NCBI GenBank assembly: GCA_001567355.1
Contig: JYNZ01000003.1
Location: forward strand, 402,263 to 466,262
Direction: 5' to 3'
Source: a candidate division WS6 bacterium OLB20
GTDB lineage: Bacteria; Patescibacteriota; Dojkabacteria; B142; OLB20
DNA length: 64,000 bases
Under the pieces are notes generated by a model that did no database searches, was not told the origin of the DNA, and saw only the letters and a program-made list of their open reading frames with translations. Below, piece after piece: positions 18,619-27,987 of the stretch (its first letter is position 1; every line of letters begins with the position of its first letter). The position numbers were made by a program, and so were the translations under genes.

Positions 18619-19920
18619 TTAGCGTAAAAATCCTCTTCCGATCCCGCTCTGAATTTTTTTCAATAGTTCAGAGAGTTCTGTACCGGCGTCATCAAGGGCC
18701 TTCTGTTTATATGCACGCTGCTGCACCAGCTGCTCAAGTGCCTGACGCTGCGCCTCACCTGTTTCCCCCTGAACACGCAACACAATAAACAGCACAACCG
18801 CGATCAGTGATCCGATACCGGCGACAACAGCACTTTCGAGTACGACAGCCATGATCCCGCCCAGCACAAACACGGCAAGAGCAACCAGCATATGCTGATA
18901 TGTCCGCAAAAACGACTGCTGCACCTGAGGTGGCGGTGCCTGGGGTACAGGCATCATCTCAAGTTCGTGACGGATTGACTGACGCTGCTCGCTTAATGCC
19001 GTTATCCTGCGACCTGTTTCTTCAACCCCCTGACTGCCGAACTGAGAATACTGATCGAGCCTGCCTTTAAGCTGTTCCTGCTTCATGCTCAGGTCTGAGC
19101 TTTGCGAAAGAATATTCTGAATCTCATGCAGACGCTTGGTCAGATCCGCAAGCCGGGATTCAGCCTCCTCACGTTTCTTTACATTGGCCAGCAGAAGCTC
19201 CAGTTCTTCAATTGACTGATTGATCTCGTGCAGACGGGATCCCGATTTATCACCTTCGTCACGCGCAGCACTGACCTTTTCCCACTGAGAACGTTTCTGG
19301 GCAAGCTCCTGTTCAAGATGCTCAACCTCATCCTGGGCAGCCTTGATCGGGCCGGGGTTTTTTGCAAGTCTGTCAGTGCCTTTACGCAGATCTTTTAACG
19401 TGTCCTCAAGCGTGGCAAGAATAGTCACGACCCCGCCCTCTCCAGTACTGCTGACAGCATTCTGCAGAGCTGCGGTAAAGTCCTTGTCCGTCCTGATGGA
19501 GGCAATATCACTCTGCCGGATTGCTGCAGTTGCTGTATACATTGTGTCGCTTGAAAACGGCAGCAGGTCCGCAAGCTTTGCCGAGACAGCATCGCTACCT
19601 TCAAATGTCTCCTTTCTGGTCGTATTAACAAGCCTCGCCTCGCCCTTGCCGAAGTCTTTCTCAAGTATCCATTCCTCACCGCTCTGCTCAAACTCAAGTG
19701 CGAGATAGGCATCCGTATCACCCTGCCATGCTGTAATCCGGTTTTTCAGCGCACGCGCTCTGGACGACGGATCCGCAAACAGCACATCCATGATCGCCTG
19801 AGTAATGGTGGACTTACCTGCCTCGTTGTTACCAAGCACGATATTGATGCCGGCAGAAAATCTGAAGCTGCGGTCTCCAAATCTGCGGTAGTTTTTGAGG
19901 GTGAGTTTAGTCAGAATCAT
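18619..19920 (-). CDS. sbcC: SbcC/Rad50-like ATPase, N-terminal fragment (Walker A plus coiled coil).
   Basis: MILTKLTLKNYRRFGDRSFRFSAGINIVLGNNEAGKSTI is an SMC/SbcC N-terminal P-loop. A long coiled coil follows. There is a 14-nt overlap with upstream sbcD. Confidence 0.75.
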   Translation of the reverse strand: MILTKLTLKNYRRFGDRSFRFSAGINIVLGNNEAGKSTITQAIMDVLFADPSSRARALKNRITAWQGDTDAYLALEFEQSGEEWILEKDFGKGEARLVNTTRKETFEGSDAVSAKLADLLPFSSDTMYTATAAIRQSDIASIRTDKDFTAALQNAVSSTGEGGVVTILATLEDTLKDLRKGTDRLAKNPGPIKAAQDEVEHLEQELAQKRSQWEKVSAARDEGDKSGSRLHEINQSIEELELLLANVKKREEAESRLADLTKRLHEIQNILSQSSDLSMKQEQLKGRLDQYSQFGSQGVEETGRRITALSEQRQSIRHELEMMPVPQAPPPQVQQSFLRTYQHMLVALAVFVLGGIMAVVLESAVVAGIGSLIAVVLFIVLRVQGETGEAQRQALEQLVQQRAYKQKALDDAGTELSELLKKIQSGIGRGFLR

Positions 19921-21031
19921 CGGTTTTCAGGAGCAGCGATACTCCCAGCTGAATTGCTTCATCAATTATCGAGTCCTGCTGTGCATCGCCTGTGTGCCTG
20001 GCCTGCAGACTGCGGATAAACCTTCCGGCAATTGTAGTCTCAGGAAACTGTTTCAGTACATCCTCTCCCAGTTCAAGCTTCGTGTCATCCTTAACCTTTA
20101 CATAAAAGAACTGCTCTTCAAGCAGGCGCGTCAGCGAATCAAGATCAAAAACACCTCCGGGCTTTTTTGTACCCTCCACCGTCAGCACCACAAAATCCTG
20201 CTGCTCTGCATGTTTTTTGATTGCCTCAAGCACAGCTGCCGGAAGCACTTGTTCTGCCAGATTCAGACTATGGTTGTACACCTTGCGTTTTCCGGACTGC
20301 AGCTGCCTGACCGAAGCCTTGCCGTCACCTGCTTCAACCTGCAGAACACGTCCGGCCCCCTGCTGCGCAGGCTGCAGCATCTCGGGTGACCCGCTGTACC
20401 AGGCGGTCACATTGCCCGCCGAAACATCAAGTGTACTGTGCCAGTCCCCGAGCGCCACATAATCAAGTCCGCTCTTTGCCAGAACGTCCTTGCTGATTGG
20501 CGCATTCCCATCATCCTTTGTGATATCAAGTGAACCATGAAAGATGCCGATCCTGGTTTTCTGCGAGGACTCAACCTTTAAACCGTCGAGCGGCGAACGC
20601 CTGCTGACCCGCTCTTTTGTTGCGGTACCGTAAACAGTCGTCAACAGCTCGGGAACATCCCATGCCTCGACCTTTTCTCTGAAGATCTTAAGATGCCCCG
20701 AATCCTCAAGCGATTTAAATGCTGTCCCCGCAAATACGGAACCGGTCTCAAGCCGGTCATGATTGCCCGGTGTGACTGCTATTCGGATATCAGCTGCGGC
20801 CAGTCTGCCGAACTGCTCCTGCACGTGATTTACATCAACACCTGCCGGAAACGGAGTATCAAAAAGGTCTCCTGCAATCACAAACAGCTGCACCTTCGCT
20901 GACAATGCCTGATCAATCAGGGATGCAAAGGTAGACCGCAAGAGCGTCCTCTGCTCGTGCGCGCGCGATCCAAGAAACGAAAACTTCGCTCCCAGATGGA
21001 CATCGCTTGTATGCATCAGCTTGAGTGACAT
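19907..21031 (-). CDS. sbcD: Nuclease SbcD/Mre11 (calcineurin-like phosphoesterase).
   Basis: MHTSDVHLG, VIAGDLFD, GNHD and IFHGSL...GDWH phosphoesterase motifs appear in canonical order. Operonic with sbcC. Confidence 0.85.
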   Translation of the reverse strand: MSLKLMHTSDVHLGAKFSFLGSRAHEQRTLLRSTFASLIDQALSAKVQLFVIAGDLFDTPFPAGVDVNHVQEQFGRLAAADIRIAVTPGNHDRLETGSVFAGTAFKSLEDSGHLKIFREKVEAWDVPELLTTVYGTATKERVSRRSPLDGLKVESSQKTRIGIFHGSLDITKDDGNAPISKDVLAKSGLDYVALGDWHSTLDVSAGNVTAWYSGSPEMLQPAQQGAGRVLQVEAGDGKASVRQLQSGKRKVYNHSLNLAEQVLPAAVLEAIKKHAEQQDFVVLTVEGTKKPGGVFDLDSLTRLLEEQFFYVKVKDDTKLELGEDVLKQFPETTIAGRFIRSLQARHTGDAQQDSIIDEAIQLGVSLLLKTDDSD

Positions 21032-21409
21032 AGTTTCAGTCTACAGTTTGAGTGCTTGTTTGAAAAGTATACCCTGCACACCATATCTAATCATGAATTC
21101 AGACTTAAACCGGAGCAACCGCTTGCATGCGACCGTCGCTACACACTATGGGTCAGGTATATACCAGATACACATCCACCAATACTGAAGTCCGTCCGGG
21201 CAAAAGCACTAAGAAGAAAATCATCGAAACATTTATGCCGCATCTGTAGTATTAATATACATAAGTTAACGATAGTTATCCACACAAGAGGGATATTCTG
21301 TTATGACTCAGACGAGGTGAATAGATATTATATATACCAAGGATATATTTACTATAGGGTTGTATATATCTGTGATTCTTGTTAAAATAGCCTTACTTTA
21401 ATATATATC

Positions 21410-23539
21410 GTGGCGACTCAAGAACTACGCACACAATTAAGCGCAACCCACCACTTCCCAGGTACAGCCGAAATTGTGCATTTTGATGAAGATGGTGGTT
21501 ACAGCTCTGAATTTACTCCCGTTAGAACTCTGCCAAGACCGAACGGTATGTCTATTATCAGGATCGCCGACAGTTACGGCGTGAACATGAACAGCATTGT
21601 CGTAGACAGTGCTGGCACACTGATCAGCGGTGAGCAGGAACTTGGAGGCAGGATCAGTGAAACGATGGCCGGACTTAGATCGCACGGAATCAGGCCGACT
21701 CTGACGATAGTAGACTCCAGCTCCCAGCCGGAACTGTTTTCAGAGGAACAACGGCCATACAAATCCCGTGTAATCATTCTGGAAGATGTTAAACAGACAC
21801 TGAGGTCATCCGAGCGCACGACTCTTGGGTTTGTGAGGGTCGACTATGATGAGAACGATGACATCGAGAATGTGTCATACACGATGTCCGTCAACCCCTA
21901 CCCTGTGTCTGCTGATTCTCCCGAGATCTTTAACAGGGTCAATACTGCACTCAGAGATATTACCGCGCGTGAGCTTCACCCGATGTTCCAGCGTGTCATA
22001 GAGGCAAACGCCAATGGCGAAATCCACCTGACTCAGGAAAAGATCACTATGCTGGAACAGTTGAGCACACTGCTGGGAGATGCAGAGACAATAGGTCTTA
22101 GTGCAGAAGAGCAGGATTTCCTCAATGATTTTGAAGGCCAGATTCTAAATGGAGCCTATGACAGAGTATTCCGTCAGGCCGTGACCGATACGCTTGTATC
22201 AGTTGGATTGACACAGGCTGTAGCAATGGCCGGTCCTGCAGCGAGCGTACTGATCGGTGCGATGACCGAACCTGAAATTGGCGCTGCGATTGCTGCTGCC
22301 AGCTATATTGGTGCACCGGTACCCTCATGGTTACGAATGATGTATCAGAGTAAGAAACTGACAGGAAAGTTTAACGACATCAAAACCGTTATCGGCAGCT
22401 TCACAGCAATGAATCTCGTCCCCGTGGTTGGACCGGCTGCTGCATTCCCTCTTAGCGTTAATAATCAGACCGACGGGAAGCTTGGCAGATTCCGGCACCT
22501 CCTTCGTAAACACCCTGCCCTGGCCGCAGAGATTACACGTAAAGAAAAAGTTATGGATCTGCTTCTTTTTGGTAGACCGGAAGGCACAAGAGCTACCGAG
22601 GCTGCGCATATTTATGAAATCGAGGATACTGAGGATTATGATCTTGTCGAACACATCTCTTTCAACGGGAACGCTGTCGGAGTTGATATCGTTACTCCAA
22701 AAAGCGAAAAAGCCAAACATGAGCTCGCGCGTTTTGTAGCTGAACAGCACATCAAACACAAGCTGAGCAAACCCGGCGACGAAAACATTATCAACGTTGG
22801 GACAGATGAAAACCCGATCTACGAAATTGCAGAAGACGAATGCTGTGAAGCAGACTGGGTTGTGGTGAGAGACAGCAAGACCGCCGAGATCGTCGTTGCC
22901 CACAAAATGTACCGCAGAAAAGACGGCAATCTGCTCCCGATGCAGCAGCATGCATCACACGAAGCGATAGAGCCGAATACCAAGATCACAGATATGACGG
23001 CCGAGGAACTGCTGAACTCATTTGACACAGAACTCGGATCGCTGGCATTTAACCTTCGTGCAATACAAAGGACTGGTTCCCAGACCGAATCCGGGTACAG
23101 AATGACACTTGCACTGCTCGCATGGCTGCGAGGCGTTCATCATTACATGACTGAGAATGATGTAAAGGAGTTTGGTGCAATCTTTACCCGCAGAGCTTTC
23201 AGCTATGTAAGCAGACTTGGCAGCCTGGGGATAGAATCCATGACTGAACCCTTCCATTACATGCCAGTGGATGTAGAGACACATACACAATCAGAGGTGA
23301 TCCGGTTAAACCTGAAATACTCTCAGGGTATTATGAAGCTGAAAAACAGAGCGATCCATGATTTTATCTTCAATGGCCTTACTAATCACGAACCGACAAG
23401 AAAGGCTATCTGGAGAGAGGTAATCAACAAAAACTTCCAGCCCAGTTACAGAGAAGGACTCCTTAAGTACGCAGGCAAGTCAATAATGCGTGCATATCTC
23501 AACATTCGTGCAGGAGCTATAGTCTCATTTAAACTGTAG
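21410..23539 (+). CDS. Large (709 aa) hypothetical soluble protein with a central Gly/Ala-rich hydrophobic segment. No recognisable domain.
   Basis: Long ORF with a GTG start, preceded by a 350-bp AT-rich non-coding region. No TM or signal peptide at the N-terminus. Internal segment GLTQAVAMAGPAASVLIGAMTEPEIGAAIAAASYIGAPVP. Confidence 0.5.
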   Translation: MATQELRTQLSATHHFPGTAEIVHFDEDGGYSSEFTPVRTLPRPNGMSIIRIADSYGVNMNSIVVDSAGTLISGEQELGGRISETMAGLRSHGIRPTLTIVDSSSQPELFSEEQRPYKSRVIILEDVKQTLRSSERTTLGFVRVDYDENDDIENVSYTMSVNPYPVSADSPEIFNRVNTALRDITARELHPMFQRVIEANANGEIHLTQEKITMLEQLSTLLGDAETIGLSAEEQDFLNDFEGQILNGAYDRVFRQAVTDTLVSVGLTQAVAMAGPAASVLIGAMTEPEIGAAIAAASYIGAPVPSWLRMMYQSKKLTGKFNDIKTVIGSFTAMNLVPVVGPAAAFPLSVNNQTDGKLGRFRHLLRKHPALAAEITRKEKVMDLLLFGRPEGTRATEAAHIYEIEDTEDYDLVEHISFNGNAVGVDIVTPKSEKAKHELARFVAEQHIKHKLSKPGDENIINVGTDENPIYEIAEDECCEADWVVVRDSKTAEIVVAHKMYRRKDGNLLPMQQHASHEAIEPNTKITDMTAEELLNSFDTELGSLAFNLRAIQRTGSQTESGYRMTLALLAWLRGVHHYMTENDVKEFGAIFTRRAFSYVSRLGSLGIESMTEPFHYMPVDVETHTQSEVIRLNLKYSQGIMKLKNRAIHDFIFNGLTNHEPTRKAIWREVINKNFQPSYREGLLKYAGKSIMRAYLNIRAGAIVSFKL

Positions 23540-23589
23540 CAACGTATCCGGGTGTGGAATAATTTGCATGATCGTTGTATCTTTAGGGT

Positions 23590-25977
23590 ATGGCTCCACT
23601 CACCTTACTGTTCATCGTTGTTATTGTTTTCCAGTTCGGGCTGAACTATCTGATACTTGCAGGCGGCAACTACCGTAAACAGACCAATCTCTGGTTTGCA
23701 GGAATGAACACGTCTTTGATCGTCTGGATCCTTACGATCATTCTTGCGAACATTGACTTCAATTCCGAGTCGCTCAGTCTGTTTATCAGCAGGCTATCGT
23801 TCGCCAGTATCTTCACATTCACATTCTTTCTCTACTTTTTTGCAAAGACATTCTCTGCTGTACCGTTAAGAATACCCCGCGTTTTTCACTGGTACATGAT
23901 TGCATCAACACTGTTCTGGGCTGTTGTAATCTTCATTACTGATCAGGTTGTCCGCGGGGTCATCCGGGTGGAAGATCGCTTTGATGTCGACAGAAGCGGA
24001 GATCTCTATATCCATTTTCTGGTATTCACACTCCTGCATCTTGGTGTATCCATTGTTGTGCTTGGTCTGAAAACGCTGAAAGCAGACGCAAAAGAACGGC
24101 CAAAGCTTAAGATTGTACTGTTCGGACTTGTCCTGATCTCCATTATTGTAGTGATCACCAATGCAATAATTCCGCTTCTGACGGGCACGACCGAGTCTTC
24201 AAGCTATGGTCCGCTGGCAATAATCATCTGGCTGTCAGTGATCTTCTATAACATTCATCAGAACCAGTTCCTGGATACACGGCTTATCCTTGGACGCTTC
24301 TTTTACTATGCAATTCTCGGTGTACTGGCATATGTCTCGTTTTATGTGTTCTCATTTATCACACTGGTACTGTTTGGGAGCATTTACGAACCGGGCAGCT
24401 ATATTATCGGCATTTTTAATGCTGCAGTCTTTGTGCTGGGATTTGATGCAGCACGAAAGTTCTTCCAGGAACAGATTACACTCCGTCTTATTAACCCTGG
24501 ATTCAATCCCCTCGAAATTATTGATCAGTTTAATGGAGAGATCAGCACAACATTGGATTTAAAGGATGTTGCGGATCAGACCATGAGCGTTCTCGCCAAG
24601 ACTATCCGTCCTGACCGACTGGGAGTAATTGTCTCACCAAATGACAGCAATAATAACTGGCGGTCATTTGAACACAAGAGTAAAGAGGCCTCTGTTTTCC
24701 AGGTGCAGGACTTCAAAGTCTTGAATGGTTTCTGGGATGGCACTAATACCAGACCGATAGTGTTTGATGACCTTGAATATGATACACAGGGGCTTTTCAG
24801 AACCATGCCGAACATGATCGAACAGGTACGGACACTTATGCAGAAGTACGAACTCAAGGTCATCTACCCCCTTATTGAGAACGAAGAGGTTTCGGGAATG
24901 CTGCTCCTGGGCAGAAAGGAGGCTGACAGTCCATATTCAACACAGGATCTGAAGTTTCTGGAAAGTCTTGCGAGTATAACCGGCCTTGCCATCAACCGCG
25001 CCCTCCTCTATCAGGAGACCCAGCAGTTCAATATAGAGCTGCAGAAGCAGGTGGAGAAAGCCACTAAAGAGCTTAAAGTTAAAAACAGCTCACTTGAGGA
25101 CGCGCTGACTAAACTGGAAGAGATCCGCCGTCAGGAGCGTGACATGATTGACGTTATGGGTCATGAGCTGCGTACCCCGATATCCATCGTGCGTAATGCC
25201 CTGCTTGTGATGGACAGCAAGTACAAAAAACATGGAGAGATTCCTAAAGAGACGCTTGAGAAGTATCTTGAGATGGCGATCGAATCCGTCAGGCGTGAGT
25301 TGACACTGATCGAGACGCTGCTGTCTGCCACCAAGGTCGAGGGAAACAGGATCCAGCTGCATCTCACAAAGATTGACATGAAGGATGTTATTGACGACTC
25401 CCTCGAAGCACTGAGGCGTGATGCACAGGAAAAAGGACTGACAATCAATTATGATCCTCCACAGCACGAAATTATTGCCTACGCAGACCGTGTCAGGACA
25501 CAGGAGGTCATGGACAATTTCCTCAGCAACGCCATCAAATACACGCCTCGCGGTCAGATTACGATCAGTGTCGGTGAAGACGACGGCTTTGCATGGATCT
25601 CGGTCAAGGATTCCGGAGTCGGGATTTCCAGGGAGGACATCAAGAAGCTTGGTAAGAAGTTCTTCAGAGCTCAGCCGCACTACTCTGCAGAAGATGGCGC
25701 ACGCCCCAGCGGGACCGGTCTGGGTCTGTATGTGACATTTGAGCTGATCGATGTAATGAACGGCAAGCGGGATATTCAGAGCGAGATTGGCAAGGGCTCG
25801 ACATTCAGCTTCTATCTGCCTTCTTATACGGAGCAGGAGGATACACAGATTGACCAGACATTTATGACTAATCCGGCACTGGCAAAGGAAACGATAGACA
25901 ATATTGCGGGTAAGAAAGTGGAACGTTCCGACCGTTATACTGTGGTCAGCATCGAACCCGACCCGGCTCAGAGTTAA
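23590..25977 (+). CDS. Sensor histidine kinase: 7-TM N-terminal sensor, GAF-like domain, HisKA and HATPase_c.
   Basis: ~7 N-terminal TM helices; H-box MGHELRTPISIVRNAL; N/G boxes LSNAIKYT, DSGVGI, GTGLGL. No response regulator is adjacent. Confidence 0.85.
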   Translation: MAPLTLLFIVVIVFQFGLNYLILAGGNYRKQTNLWFAGMNTSLIVWILTIILANIDFNSESLSLFISRLSFASIFTFTFFLYFFAKTFSAVPLRIPRVFHWYMIASTLFWAVVIFITDQVVRGVIRVEDRFDVDRSGDLYIHFLVFTLLHLGVSIVVLGLKTLKADAKERPKLKIVLFGLVLISIIVVITNAIIPLLTGTTESSSYGPLAIIIWLSVIFYNIHQNQFLDTRLILGRFFYYAILGVLAYVSFYVFSFITLVLFGSIYEPGSYIIGIFNAAVFVLGFDAARKFFQEQITLRLINPGFNPLEIIDQFNGEISTTLDLKDVADQTMSVLAKTIRPDRLGVIVSPNDSNNNWRSFEHKSKEASVFQVQDFKVLNGFWDGTNTRPIVFDDLEYDTQGLFRTMPNMIEQVRTLMQKYELKVIYPLIENEEVSGMLLLGRKEADSPYSTQDLKFLESLASITGLAINRALLYQETQQFNIELQKQVEKATKELKVKNSSLEDALTKLEEIRRQERDMIDVMGHELRTPISIVRNALLVMDSKYKKHGEIPKETLEKYLEMAIESVRRELTLIETLLSATKVEGNRIQLHLTKIDMKDVIDDSLEALRRDAQEKGLTINYDPPQHEIIAYADRVRTQEVMDNFLSNAIKYTPRGQITISVGEDDGFAWISVKDSGVGISREDIKKLGKKFFRAQPHYSAEDGARPSGTGLGLYVTFELIDVMNGKRDIQSEIGKGSTFSFYLPSYTEQEDTQIDQTFMTNPALAKETIDNIAGKKVERSDRYTVVSIEPDPAQS

Positions 25978-26283
25978 GTACTCCTGAAGAAAAACCCTGT
26001 ACACTGGACTCCATAGGGGTTTCGGGGAGCCCCTGCCATATTCTGGCTTAATAAATCCCAAATTCCATGCGCCATCAGTCACTGCTCCTCACCCGTCATT
26101 CGTATCTGGAAACAGTGTCAGACCAGCAGGACGGATCCGAATCATGTGTTAGGGAATAATTGATACTACTACTGCTACAATCATTATCAGGGGGATCAGG
26201 GGCTGCCCCAAATGACAGATCCCGACTTACACAGTCCTGAATTTGAACCTGAGGGAACAGTTATTTCCGCGGCAGCAATAAAC

Positions 26284-26736
26284 TCAGCGGCAGTCTGTTA
26301 CTGTAGCCAGCGGCATTCTCACTGCGGCAGTATAGTCACGAATTATCTCAGCTACAGCAGGTCTGATCGGCATGGCAAGGACAGCGGCACCGTCAAGCCA
26401 GACGTTTTCGCTGACGTCCGCATCAGTCTCCGCAGTCTCACCGGTCCCGGTCAGCTCCATCTCGTAAGCTATTCCAAATGCTCCGCCGATAAGATAAAAA
26501 CCGATAATTGAAACCGGTTTTGCCGGGTATCCTGTTTCTTCCAGCATCTCCCGTACCGCAGCATCTTCGGGATGTTCACCCGGGTTGCAGAAACCGGTCG
26601 GGAAACTCAGCATTCCTGCTTTTTTGCCGATCGAGGGATTATCTTCAAGCTCTTTGATAAGGAGAAAGCCTTTTTCGGTCTTTAAGACTGCCGAGATGCC
26701 GAAAACGGTTGGCCGCTGCATATCCCTGATGGCCAT
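26284..26736 (-). CDS. NUDIX hydrolase.
   Basis: Nudix box GFCNPGEHPEDAAVREMLEETGY (GX5EX7REUXEEXGU). Its start overlaps the stop of the upstream polyprenyl synthase gene by 1 nt. Confidence 0.8.
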   Translation of the reverse strand: MAIRDMQRPTVFGISAVLKTEKGFLLIKELEDNPSIGKKAGMLSFPTGFCNPGEHPEDAAVREMLEETGYPAKPVSIIGFYLIGGAFGIAYEMELTGTGETAETDADVSENVWLDGAAVLAMPIRPAVAEIIRDYTAAVRMPLATVTDCR

Positions 26737-27632
26737 CAGAATTCGCGGTTGATCATGTAATCAGCGATTCCGTCCAGAAACGCCCTGCCTTCGCCATTCC
26801 AGTCAGGCATCGTGGCCAGCGCCTCTTTAGCCTTGTATACAAAATCGCGTGCGGTATTTTTGGAGTACTCCAGCGAGCCGGTTTCCGCAATAATCTCCCG
26901 GACTTTATCGGCATCCGCTTGCGTCACGTTGGGGTTGCCAAGTGCCTGCGTAACAGTATGAATTTGAGCCTTAGAGCCGTTTTCAAGCGCCTTGATGATC
27001 AGAAGTGTGTGTTTACCCTCCCGCAGATCAGAAATATTAGGCTTGCCGAGTTTTTCCTCCTGACCGTACATTCCCAGAATGTCATCCTGGATCTGGAACG
27101 CAATTCCGGCAGGGATTGCATATCCGCTCAGAATCTGTACGTCCTCGTCACTTGCGCCTGCAAGCACCGCGCCGATTGAAATTGGCGTTTCGTATGTATA
27201 AACAGCAGTTTTATAGTGATGGACCTTAAAGACATCATCCTGCGTCACCTCTTTTTTTACAGAACTCACAATATCCAGCATCTGTCCAAATCCGACAGTA
27301 ACAATCTGCCGATGCAGCTGCGACAATGCTCTGACCTTCAGCTCGGGTGCAAAATCCGAATCAGTCAGGATCTGGCAGGCATAATGACAGGCGATATCCC
27401 CCAGATTGACAGCCATGCTCTCGCCAAAATGTGCCGGGTCCTGCATTCCATACTTTTTTTTATGAACGTCCTCGTAAATTTTATGGATCGTAGCGCCTCC
27501 CCGTCGTTTGTCATCCTGATCCATGACATCATCATGGATGAGAAGGTATGACTGGATAAGTTCGGTAAACAGCGATGCATGGAGCGCCTCATCGGGGTCA
27601 GTACCCCCCATCATCATGTACGTGTAGTACAT
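26736..27632 (-). CDS. Trans-polyprenyl diphosphate synthase (FPP/GGPP synthase family), C-terminal ~300 aa. Both DDxxD motifs are present.
   Basis: First aspartate-rich motif LLIHDDVMD and second FQIQDDILG. The N-terminal ~60 aa are encoded in the adjacent 27598..27894 ORF, in another frame. Confidence 0.8.
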   Translation of the reverse strand: MYYTYMMMGGTDPDEALHASLFTELIQSYLLIHDDVMDQDDKRRGGATIHKIYEDVHKKKYGMQDPAHFGESMAVNLGDIACHYACQILTDSDFAPELKVRALSQLHRQIVTVGFGQMLDIVSSVKKEVTQDDVFKVHHYKTAVYTYETPISIGAVLAGASDEDVQILSGYAIPAGIAFQIQDDILGMYGQEEKLGKPNISDLREGKHTLLIIKALENGSKAQIHTVTQALGNPNVTQADADKVREIIAETGSLEYSKNTARDFVYKAKEALATMPDWNGEGRAFLDGIADYMINREF

Positions 27633-27894
27633 AAGTGCTGCTCGAAGGCGTTTTTGCTTTGCGCAGGGAATACTCCCGCAGATATTTTACAGCTGCGTAT
27701 GACTCCGGCGAGATGGTTTTTGCATGAGGAGCCACTGTCTCAAAGTACTCTTCCAGCAGAGGTTCTATCTTTGTCCGAAACTCCTCAAGTTTTGTTTTTG
27801 CGTCCATGCAGCCCGAAAAAGCCTTTCTCTTACGGTCAAAAACTACTATGTGTACGATTGTAAACCAGTTTCCTTTGCTATTCAAGCACATCAC
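27598..27894 (-). CDS. N-terminal fragment of the same polyprenyl synthase, displaced by a frameshift at the T5 run 27651-27655.
   Basis: Encodes MDAKTKLEEFRTKIEPLLEEYF...YLREYSLRKAK. Removing one A from the minus-strand A5 run gives ...SLRKAKRLRAALMYYTYMMMGG. That restores the conserved GKRLR motif and runs in frame into the main ORF. Confidence 0.7.
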   Translation of the reverse strand: MMCLNSKGNWFTIVHIVVFDRKRKAFSGCMDAKTKLEEFRTKIEPLLEEYFETVAPHAKTISPESYAAVKYLREYSLRKAKTPSSSTYVLHVHDDGGY

Positions 27895-27987
27895 AATGGC
27901 GCCATGAAACGGCAGAACGTGTTTTCAATCCGGAGTGATTACAAGTAATATGTGGTGTACACGGGTTGAACAACGAGTACTATCGAA

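Noticed and set aside
22331-22951. 206-aa minus-strand ORF
   Set aside because: It lies entirely inside, and antisense to, the 709-aa plus-strand gene, with no start context or motif. It was kept out.
25090-26082. 330-aa minus-strand ORF
   Set aside because: It is antisense to the histidine-kinase catalytic core (H-box and HATPase motifs on the plus strand), so it is spurious.
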